DNA of 64,000 nucleotides, taken from the NCBI GenBank assembly GCA_052426225.1, contig JBNJNM010000021.1, positions 2,356,001 through 2,420,000 of the forward strand, read 5' to 3'. The notes beneath the pieces were generated by a model. It saw only the letters and a list, made by a program, of their open reading frames with translations, did not search any database and had not been told where the DNA came from. The position numbers and the translations under genes are program-made. Numbering within the stretch: the stretch's first letter is position 1; each line of letters starts with the position of its first letter. The DNA comes from Zancudomyces culisetae HAW-14-8 (lineage: Eukaryota > Fungi > Kickxellomycota). Below, piece by piece: positions 10,265 through 20,700 of the stretch.

Positions 10265-13200
10265 TTAAATTTTGTTAGGATATTTTTCATGAAATTCTTT
10301 CAGCAATCGCTCAGCGGATATGTTTTCAATTGGCTCCCAAGTTCTTTCGGTGATGTCGTATCCTTTCCAATGTACTAAATAGTATTTTTTATTTCTTAAG
10401 ATTTTTGAGTCCAGGATTTCTTCAATTTCGTATTCTAGTTCATTATTGACGATTATTGGTTCAGGAGGTTCGGGAAGAACAGAATTCATAGGCGGTATGT
10501 ATTTATCCAATAGTGAAACATGAAATACTGGGTGCATTTTCATAGAGGCGGGGAGGTCAAGTTTGTAAACTAAATCACTATGCTATTCTTTAATTTTGAA
10601 TGGTCCAATTTTCTTATAGTCAAGTTTTTTACTAGGCCTTGTAGTCTGAATATTTTTTGTTAGAAGCCAAACTTTTTCACCTATAGTATATTCAGGATTT
10701 TTTCTTCTTTTCCTGTCGGCAGATTTCTTGAAGGCTGATGAAGCGAGAGTGATTTGCTTATTAGTTTCTTTCCAAATCTGGTGGATTTGATTGATCCTTT
10801 CCTCAACTGAAGGCAGAACATGGTTTTTGATTAAGGGAGGATCAAAGCGTGGGTTAAATCCGTAGTTAATGAAGAACGGGGATGATCCAGTAGATTCGTG
10901 AGTAGAATTGTTGTAGGCAAATTCTGCCAATGGAAGAAGGTCTGTCCAATTATCTTGTTGGTATGACAAGAAACAACGGAGATACTGTTCCAGAGTCTGA
11001 TTGACTCTTTCGGTCTGTCCATCAGTTTCGGGGTGGAAAGCTGTTGAGAGCTTGATTTTTACACCTAAAGTGTTAAAAAGAGCTTTCCAAAACTTTGATG
11101 CAAACTGGGGGCCACGGTCAGAGATGATCTCTTCAGGCAAACCGTGGAGTCTAATGATATTATTCAAGATGAGCTCGGCGGTTTCTACAGAAGAAGGGAG
11201 CTTCTTTAGTGGTATAAAATGGCTCATTTTACTGAACCGATCTACAACCACTAAAATTGTAGTGTTCCCTTTTGAAGGGGGTAACTCTGTGATGAAATCC
11301 ATTGAGATAGATTTCCATGGCGAATCAGGAGCAGGTAATGGCTGGAGAAGTCCTTGCTTTTTCTTCCTTGATGTCTTAGATCTGTTGCATCTGTCACAAC
11401 CTGCTATTAATTCCTTGACTGAACGATGCATATGTGGGAACCAGAAGTCTCTTTTTAGTAGTCCTACAGTCTTTTTGTATCCATAGTGACCTGTTAAACT
11501 GCTATCATGCCTTGAGCTGATCACTTTGAATACTGATGCTTTAGGTACCACTACTAAATCTCCCAGAGTAATGAGATTGTCTGGTGTTGATCCTACAGCG
11601 AGATGTTTTTTAGCTGCTTCTGTTTCTGCCCTTTTAGTTAATTCTATTCGCTCGTTTTGTGTTTGTAGGACGAGATCATCTAGGAGAAACGGATTGGTGG
11701 TTATTAGACTGTCGATAAAAACTGAGGCTGGGAGTATTGTTTTGTCTTGTAAGGCGCGGTCATGATCCAAGTAACGCGATAAAATGTCAGGCTTTCCACC
11801 AAGCTTTCCAGGCCTATAGGTGATCACAAAGTCGTATCTGCTGAACTCCAATGACCATCTTGCGTGGCGCCTATTGAGTACCTTTGAGGTTTTGAAAGTC
11901 TCCAGGTTCTTGTGGTCTGTTAGAACAATGAACTGGTGTCGAGCGCCTTCCAAGTAATGTCTCCATTCCTTAAGTGCCTTTACTATTCCTAATAGCTCCT
12001 TATCATAAACATTGTAGTTTAGTTCTGCTGCCTTGAGCTTGTAAGAGTAATAAGCGCAGGGGCGGAAGTCACCTTTCTCATCAGCTTGAGACAGAATTGC
12101 ACCAATGGCATAGTCTGAGGCGTCTGTCTCCACTATGAACTGCTTACCGGGGTCAGGATACTGTAACACGGGTGAAGTCGTAAGCATGGTTTTCAGGGTG
12201 TCATATGACTTTTGCTGATCAGGACCCCAAATGAACTTGATGTCTTTCTTCAGCAGATTGGTCATCGGCAACGTAATCTGGGCATATTCAGGAATGAATT
12301 TCCGGTAATAGTTGACGAATCCAAGGACTGACTGAATGTCCTTACAATCCTTGGGAACTTTCCATTTGTGGATTGACTGGATCTTGGCGGGATCGGTACT
12401 GATTCCATTTAAAGTGACGCGATGGCCTAAGAAATCCACTTCCTGCTTATGGAATTCGCACTTTTCCAAGTTGCAGTACAATCCATTGGCCAGTAGTTTG
12501 TTCAAGACTTTATTGACATGAGAGATGTGCTCTTGGAAATTATCAGAAAATATCAGAATATCATCAAGGTAAGCGATGGCGTAGCGGTCAAGCACATCTC
12601 TTAGAACATCATTGATGAAATGTTGGAAGGTCGCGGGCGCATTTGTCAAGCCAAAAGGCATGACATTGTATTCAAAATGTCCATAGCGGCATCTGAACGC
12701 GGTCTTCCATTCGTCCCCCTTCCTGATCCTGACTAGATTATAAGCACCTTTCAAATCTAGTTTGGTGAAATATTTGGCAGATCTAAGCCTATCAAAGGCT
12801 TCATCGATCCTGGGCAAAGGGTATCTGTTTTTTATAGTCATATCGTTGAGCTTACGATGTCTACACAAAGGCGGAGGTCACCAGATTTCTTCTTAACGAA
12901 CATGATTGGAGCACCAGCAGAGGATTTGGACTTTCTGATGAATCCATTTGCTAGGTTTTCAGTAATGTAGTCACGAAGAGTCAGGAGTTCCCTTTCAGAT
13001 AATGGGTAAATAGGGCCCCATGGTGGTTTGGATCCTTTTTTGATGTCAATTTGGCAGTCATATGATCTGCGAGGAGGGAGTTTGGTGGCTAGGGATAGGT
13101 CAAATACCTTGGCTAGAGAGGCATGTTCAGGCGGAATTTCAGAAATGTGACTGGTATCTGCAGATTTTTGTTCAGGAATTGGCTGTAATGGCGGAATATT

Positions 13201-14431
13201 TGGAACTTGGTGTCTGACTGGTTTAGTAATTATTTTTCTTATAGTTTTTTTGATTATTGGTATTTTTGATGACTTTTTAATATAAATTTTTGGTTGTTGT
13301 GGAATAGTCAGGAGAGGCATTCCTATGTCAAATGCAGTAGATAAGGGTTCAGGCGGAGGCAAATCTTGTTGGGGTATAATATTAGGAGCTGGTGAACTTG
13401 AAATTTCAGGTTGGATAGGCAAGCTTTGAATACGAGTTACTGGAGGTGGTAAAGATACCATTGTGTGGGTCGTCCCAGACGGGGTAAAAATGTCTCTTGA
13501 GGCTGATAATAACTGATCTGAGGAGAGGTCACGGTGGAATCAATGAGCGTTCTGAATATGATGAGTCTGAATCTGAATGGTATGTGGATACATGGCTGTC
13601 ATCTGGCTGGTAGGCTTCAAGGTCATGATTGGTCTCTAAAACTTGGACTTGTGGTGTCTGAACGTGAGAAACGGGTACTTCAGTGTTGTGCTGTAATATA
13701 TCGCTTGGGTCCATATTTTGCCAATGTATTGCTTCTGGTTGGGTATCATAAAATCTTCCAAGGTCATCATCGGATTTGCTGTCAGAAGATGTATCACTTT
13801 CTGAATAATTATCCGAATCATCTTGGCTTCTATCTTCTGAGTCCATACTGTAATCTGATTTGGATACGCTCATTCGGTCAACAATATTTTCTTCATCTAG
13901 TACTAATTTATCATCCATCAGCTGACTTAGTTTTTTGATATCATTTTTTGAAATTCTGCGGTTCGGATCAATATTCAGATTGTTATCGGTTATAGGCTTA
14001 GTTGTGTGGGTTTTGGTATTCAGGGTGAGCTTTTTCCAATTGATATCGGGGTTATGTTTTTGTAACCATGGGAGACCTAATACAATTTCGGCATGAGTGG
14101 CGGGTATCACGTATAGGTCCGAGGTAAAGTGGTATTTATCCTTGGTACTGAGCTTGATGTTGCGGGCTACTGATTTTATACCTGTATTTGTGAGCGGTTT
14201 TCCGTCAATAGTTTCAACAGGTATCGGACTTGATAGATCTTCAGTGGGCAAGTCTAGTTGCTTTACAAGGTTTAAACTAATAAAATTTTCTGATGCACCG
14301 GAATCAATTAGTGCATTAACAACTATCAAATTATTAATTATTAACTTTATTAAAAATTTATTAGCTTGAAATCCTTGTACGGTTAGCCCCAGTAATACCT
14401 TGCCAGTTATTCCTGAGGTTCGACTTTTAAA
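10265..14431 (-). pseudogene. pol: pol of element C (two frameshifts, one in-frame stop)
   Basis: ORFs 13529-14329 (DSGA), 12838-13461, 10583-12868 (YLDD, RH, IN) and 10265-10543 (chromodomain, same frame after TAG at 10583-10585). Confidence 0.92.
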
Positions 14432-15323
14432 TTAGGCTCTGAAGGTCTTGGGATACGTGACGGGCAATTTCTCAATATGTGGCCTGGTAGTCCACAGTAA
14501 ATGCATAAACTGTTGAGGATCCGTCTCTGGCGTTCTTCAGTTGTCAACGGTCCTCTTGGCTTCGGGACTACGGCATCAACGTCCATTGGCTCTGGCGTCT
14601 GAGGGCGGTACTGTCTTGGCTGGCGCTGGAAGTTCTGGTTTTGGTACTGGTGTTGCTGAAACTGATTTTGCTGGTAATTGTGGAACGGCTTGTTCATTGG
14701 CTGAAATGGTCTGGGCTGTCTTGGAAGCGGGTTTGCTGCTGGATATGGACTTCTGTACTCGGATTTGTTCATGTAGCTAAGGTTGGAATTAACTGTGTTT
14801 TTCAACTCAACTACTAGAGTTATTACTTCATCCACTTGCTTGGCATCTTGGTAGCGATCAGGTGACGGGTAATTCTGGTACTGAGACCGCGCCTAAACAT
14901 GTCGATATTGGCAGCCTCGCCAAAATCGCATATCCGAGCTAGGTTCCTGAAGTCCACTGCATAGGCCATAACAGATTGGTTACCCTGTTTAAGTTCATGA
15001 AGCTGCTGGATGGCACGTGATTGGTGGCCGGGGTCGGAGAACCTAAGCTTAAAACTTTCCATAAACGCTTCATATGATTCCAAGAGTTTGGGTTCAGTTG
15101 AAGTTACAGGGAGCTTGGCTTCGGATTCCAGAATATCGTCAAACCACGTGGCGGCATGACCTGTGAAGTGGGCGCTGATAAAAGCAATCTTTTTCTTGTC
15201 TGTAGAAAAAGCATCGGATTTTGCCCAAAACTGTCTGCGGATCTGAGCCATGAATGGAACAAATTGTTCCGCGGCTCCGGAAAACTTCTCTATCTCGGGT
15301 GTCTTTGGCTCGGCTTCACTCAT
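14407..15323 (-). pseudogene. gag: gag of element C (1-nt frameshift near 14833)
   Basis: MSEAEPKTPEIEKFSG... then [21 protein letters not shown] in a second frame. Confidence 0.9.
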
Positions 15324-15385
15324 AATACTTATGATATCTTGATTAATATTTTCCAACAAAACTAGACTGATTAACTAGGAGTTGG

Positions 15386-15396
15386 AAGAATTACAA
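15386..15396 (-). other. Self-priming PBS of element C (11 nt)
   Basis: AAGAATTACAA is the exact reverse complement of TTGTAATTCTT at 15431-15441 in the LTR; a TATA-like TATATTTAA lies ~30 nt upstream on the minus strand. Confidence 0.8.
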
Positions 15397-15398
15397 AA

Positions 15399-15538
15399 TG
15401 TCACAGAACGAGATTTATTGAATAAACAAGTTGTAATTCTTAGATAATTACAACGAAGCATAAACGAAATGATTAAATATAAGATAAAATATGAAGATTA
15501 ATTATGGGTATTAAGAAGTAATATTATTGGCTATAACA
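15399..15538 (-). repeat. 5' LTR of element C (140 bp)
   Basis: Identical to 9527-9666; followed by the GTGAG TSD. Confidence 0.96.
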
Positions 15539-15543
15539 GTGAG

Positions 15544-16048
15544 TCTACAGCCGCACAATATTAACCAGACCGTAAAACACGGTGGTGGATCACAAATGAT
15601 TTGGGGATGCATCACAGCATCTGGAACTGGCTACATGTGCCTAATAGAAGGAATTTGAAACAAGAAAGGTTATTTAAACATTTTATAATACAAGCTTAGC
15701 AATACAATAAAGTACTACAAGTTGGATCCCAAGTCAATAATATTCAAATAAACAATGATCCTAAACATACCGCGAAGGTAGTTACCAGCTGGCTTGAAAA
15801 CCAGGATTATAATACATTGGACTGGCCGCCACAATCTCCAGACGTAAACCCAATTGAAACTATATGGGCAATCATCAAAAGATGTCTAAAGATACAGTAA
15901 ACCTCCGTCCCGGATGATCGAATTATGAAAGCGAATAGAAACGGAATGGAATTTAATTTCAGTGAAAACAATACTTGGTCTTATAGATAGTATGCTCAAA
16001 AAAGTTGAGGCAGTTATCAAGTCTAAAGGAAGGTGGACAGAACTTTAA
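15544..16048 (+). pseudogene. Tc1 transposase, C-terminal half (DD34E spacing)
   Basis: LQPHNINQTVKHGGGSQMIWGCIT...NDPKHTAK...LDWPPQSPDVNPIETIW...VIKSKGRWTEL*; continues the 9025-9526 half across the TSD; stops and frameshifts present. Confidence 0.9.
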
Positions 16049-16579
16049 GCTTTTTTTTACAATATTTCCAAAATTGTTGGTATGATCCATTCATGACATT
16101 ATTGCAATTTTTAATATGCGATAAAAAAATAGCAAATGTTAATTTTATTACATTTTATATATTTTGGGATAATACCAATTTATGTATAATTTTAACTGTG
16201 GATTGAAATTACTTATAAATTAGTTATTATGTTTATAGTTTTAAGTTTAGTTTTAAGTAATTTTTAAAAGTATTATTGAATTTTATAAAACCTTATAAGC
16301 ACAAGTGTTAGGAATGGCAATATATTCCAAAAAATGGATCTTTGTTGGAATCGATCCTAAAATGTTAGGAATGGCAAATTCCCGGAACATAAATTTTAGT
16401 TTACATTTTTGTTCTATAAAAAATTAAACTATTTTATTATTTCACTTACGACATTCAAATAAGCCATTCCGACATTGGAATCATGTATGCAAAATTCACC
16501 ATGAAATCACAGTATTTATTATTGGGAAAATTGACAAAGAAAATTAAAGAAAATTTTCAATAATTAAATTTATAAAATT

Positions 16580-16930
16580 CATGTTAAAATCGATATACAA
16601 AATCATAGGCAAAATCGATATACAATATCGTAGGCAAAATCGATATACAAAATCATAGGCAAAATCGATATACAATATCGTAGGCAAAATAGATAACCAA
16701 AAACCATGATAAAATTGGATAACCAAAAACCATGATAAAATTCGATAACCAAAAACCATGATAAAATTCGATAAACATAATACATGTTAAAATTGGATAA
16801 CCAAAAACCATGATAAAATTCGATAAACATAATACATGTTAAAATTGGATAACCAAAAACCATGATAAAATTCGATAAACAAAATACATGTTAAAATCGA
16901 TAAACAAAATACATGTTAAAATCGATAAAG
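16580..16930. repeat. 25-26 bp minisatellite, about 13 units in subtype blocks
   Basis: Units such as aaaatcgatatacaaaatcataggc, aaaattggataaccaaaaaccatgat and aaaattcgataaacataatacatgtt. Confidence 0.9.
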
Positions 16931-17238
16931 TAATCTCATGAATAAATCAAACAAGAAGTTTGATAAACTCAATTTTGATAGTTACTTTAAATTAGTTCAT
17001 TTTTACATAGTAAAATTTTAAAACTAAAAAATTATTATCACTAAGTTTTTTCATAGCAAATTTCTCTGATGAAAAAATATATAAACCCTTCGAAATTCCG
17101 TTGGGATACATCAGAGAAAAATATATCATTAACTCATCTAATAATATATTTTTCTAAATAACTACTTCTTCCTAATAAATAATAATACTGAATATTAATC
17201 ACAGCATAGTTATAAGCAGCTCATTGATTATAACAACA

Positions 17239-17541
17239 TGTCAAGGTCTGGACTTGGATAAAATATATTTATTAGTAAACTAGACTATAAGTGAATAAAC
17301 TAAACGAAACTAAACTCGTTGTAAAACTTATCGTTCCATCATGATAATCGTATAGCTTATATACTTTTCATGATGGGACGATAATTTTAAAAATTATACT
17401 AATTTAAAACATAACTAAAACATAACTAAAACATTTAAATTAATAATGTGGAGGTCGGTAAATGTTATGGTTATAATTGATAAATTATATGAAACATTGT
17501 CCTGTGGAGACAAAGGTTTCATATAATTTAAAACCATAACA
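17239..17541 (-). repeat. 3' LTR of element D (303 bp)
   Basis: TGTCAAGG...CATAACA; identical by eye to 22155-22457. Confidence 0.96.
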
Positions 17542-17586
17542 CTACCCCCCCCTTTAGACTTGAGTATTTATAACTGTATAGGCCTC

Positions 17587-17740
17587 GGGCCTCAATGGCA
17601 TAGTCGGTATGTCTCATGATTGTGGTCTGGTGAATGCGAGTTCGAGTCATTGCTGAATCCTTTAGGTGGTAATGATGCAGGATATTGATTCAATTTTGCC
17701 AATCATAATGATGGCCGAGGTTCGATTCCTCGGGGGTCCA
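17587..17740 (+). tRNA. tRNA-like Pol III cassette inside element D (His-GTG-like with insert, or fused degenerate tRNAs); isotype uncertain
   Basis: Acceptor GGGCCTC/GGGGTCC+A; A box TGGCATAGTCGG; D arm GCAT/ATGT; GTG at 17622-17624; T arm CGAGG-TTCGATT-CCTCG; T12 run at 17746-17757. Confidence 0.6.
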
Positions 17741-17760
17741 TCATATTTTTTTTTTTTATT

Positions 17761-20700
17761 TTATGGTTTGTAAGGATGATTCTTGTGGTATAAAGTAAGT
17801 AGGCGGTCACAGTTTAAATTCTCACTAGGTTCCCAAGATCGTTCAGCTGCGCTATGTCCTTTCCAATCAACCAAGTACTCGATTTTGTTGTATCGTTTTC
17901 TTGAATCGAGTATTTTTGCTACTTCGTATTCATTTTGTCCTTCGACTGTGATTGCTGGAGGTGGTTCCTTGACTCGTCCTGGAATTTCATTAGGTTTGTA
18001 TGGTTCCAATAGCGAAATATGAAATGTAGGATGAATCTTCATCGACTCTGGTAATTCTAGTTTATAAGCTACTTTTCCTATCCTTTTTAATACTTTGAAT
18101 GGTCCAAGAAATTGGTGGTCTAACTTCTTTGATGGTCTGTCAGTTTTTATATTCTTTGCATTTAACCACACTAGATCGTTTGGCTTGATTTCAGGTCCAC
18201 TTGTTCTTTTCCTATCCGCGTATAACTTAGATTTTTTGTTAGAATTATATAAATTAGTTTTTAATAATGTATTTATTTTTCTTAAGTTATTTATGTGTTC
18301 ATCTGCTTCGGGTACTTGTGTAGTTGATAATTTGATTGTAGTGAAGTTCGGGTGATATCCCATGAGACTGTAAAACGGCGATGACTTTGTAGATGAGTGT
18401 TTAGAATTATTATACGAAAACTCTGCCATAGGTAATAGCGTGTCCCAATTATCTTGTTGATAAGAGATAAAAGCTCTAAGGTATTGTTCGAGAGTTTGGT
18501 TTGTTCTTTCTGACTGACCGTCAGTTTCTGGATGGAATGCTGAAGAGAGTTTAGATTTTATTTTCAGTAGTTTTAGTAATCTTTGCCAAAACTTTGAAGT
18601 AGATTGGCTACCTCGGTCAGTGATTATTTCTTCTGGTAATCCATAGTTAGAGAAAATATGTTTCAGGAAGATGTCAGCAGTTTGTTGCGCAGTGGGAAGT
18701 TTCTTGATAGGCACGAATTTAGCCATCTTTGTAAACCGGTCTACCATTACTAGTATAGTTGTATACCCGTTGGATGGTGGTAACTCTACAATAAAATCCA
18801 TTGTAACTGATTTCCACGGACCTGATGGAACTGGTAAAGGTGTTAGTAATCCAAACTTTCTGTGTCGAGGTATTTTTGTTCTTTTACAGATATCGCATGT
18901 TTCTATATATTTCCTTACATAGTTATTCATATCAGGGAACCAAAATGTGCGACGTAACAGGTCTAAAGTTTTCTTAATTCCATAGTGTCCAGCAGTTGTT
19001 GAATCATGGTGCATCTTGATAACATCCAGCCTAGTGCTTTCTGGTAAATATATTCTTTCTTTGTACTTTATTATTCCATTGTCAATTCGATATATCGGTT
19101 GTTTATCATTATTTGATTTGGTCGGTAAATTTATTTTTTTCAGTAACTTAATTGCATATTTGTCTTTCTTAGACTCGTTTAGGATTTTAGATAATATAGG
19201 GTTATGTGGCTGGATAATTGCGTAAAGGAAGTTGGTATTGCGAAAGATGTTTTTAGGTAGTGGAGGACCTTGTTGGTATTCAGATCTTCTAGACAGTGCG
19301 TCAGGTTTGCCACCCTCAGTTCCCGGTCTGTATGTAATAAGGAAGTTATATCGTGATAGCGTAAGTGACCATCTTGCGTGCCGTCGGTTTAAGGTTTGAG
19401 CATTCTTAAAGTGTTCTAGATTTTTGTGATCCGTATATACAATTGTAGTTTGCTGTGTACCTTCGAGGTAATGTCTCCATTCTTTCATTGCTGTAACAAT
19501 GGCAAGCATTTCCTTATCGTAGATGTCGTAATTGATTTCCGCTGGGGTGAACTTTCTAGAGTAGTATGCAACAGGTCTTAATTCATTATCTTCATCATAC
19601 TGCGATAATATTGCTCCCATAGCGTAATCCGAAGCGTCAGTCTCCACGATATATTGTTTGTCATGGTTAGGATAAGAGAGTAAAGGTAATCCAGCTAGAT
19701 GTCTAATGAGTGTAGTAAACGAATTCTGTTCTTCGTTGTTCCATTTAAATGCTATATCCTTTTTTAGTAAATTTGTTAAGGGTAACGCGATGTTTGCCAT
19801 ATTTGGGATAAATTTTCTGTAATAGTTTACAAAACCTAAGAATACTTGTATATCTTTAATTGTTTTTGGTATTTCCCAGTCGATCAACTTGGCTACTTTT
19901 TGGGGATCAGATGTTATACCTTTTTGGCTTATTACGTGGCCTAAGAAATCGATCGATGTTTGGTGGAATTTACATTTTTCTAGTTTTGCATACAGTTTGT
20001 TTTCCTTGAGTATTTTTAGTATTGTTCTTACATGGCTGTAGTGTTCCTCTAGACTAGATGAAAATATAAGTATGTCGTCAAGGTATGCAATAGCATATAT
20101 ATCCAGTGCTTCTCTGAGTATATCATTCATAAACGTCTGGAATGTGGCGGGGGCATTAGTGAGCCCGAATGGCATCACCCTGTATTCATATAAACCGTAT
20201 CTGCATCTGAAAGCAGTCTTCCATTCATCACCAGGTCTGATTCGTACTAGGTTATATGCTCCTCTTAAGTCTAATTTGGTGAAGTATTTTGCCTTACTTA
20301 GATGATCGAACGATTCATCTATTCTCGGTAAAGGGTATATATTTTTTGCTGTTATTTCGTTTATCTTTCGATAATCAACACAAGGGCGTAGGCCACCGTC
20401 CTTTTTATCTACAAACATTATTGGTGCTCCTATTTGTGACTTTGATTTAACTATAAAACCCTTTTTTAAATTTTCTTGGATGTAATCGTACAGTGCTTGT
20501 GACTCGACAACCGACAATGGGTATATGGGTCCCATTTTCGGTAATATGTTTGACGTTAATTCTATTGGGCAATCATAACTTCTGTTTGGTGGTAATCTGT
20601 CTGCTTCGACTGGATCAAATACCGATTGTAAATCATGATATTGTGGTGGAATATGTATAGGATCTGCGGAGTTGGATGTGCTGACGTTATCCGTATTGAT

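Larger units (their letters stand above)
9527..15538 (-). mobile_element. Ty3/gypsy chromovirus C, full length, recent insertion
   Basis: Identical 140-bp LTRs 9527-9666 and 15399-15538; GTGAG TSD (9522-9526, 15539-15543); PPT 9667-9679; gag-pol with chromodomain. Confidence 0.97.
8699..16270 (+). mobile_element. Decayed Tc1-type (IS630-Tc1-mariner) DNA transposon interrupted by element C; ends approximate
   Basis: TA-CAGTG at 8697-8703; imperfect inverted match between ~8655-8678 and ~16248-16270; transposase halves on either side of element C. Confidence 0.6.

Noticed and set aside
16580-16930. CRISPR-like array
   Set aside because: Units are head-to-tail variants with no unique spacers, there are no cas genes, and the context is eukaryotic.
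17653-17740. tRNA-Sec reading of the 3' part of the cassette (TGCAGG..TTCAA and a hairpin-like variable arm)
   Set aside because: The anticodon loop would be 11 nt and a 9/4 acceptor/T fold cannot be built; kept only as something for Secmarker to test.
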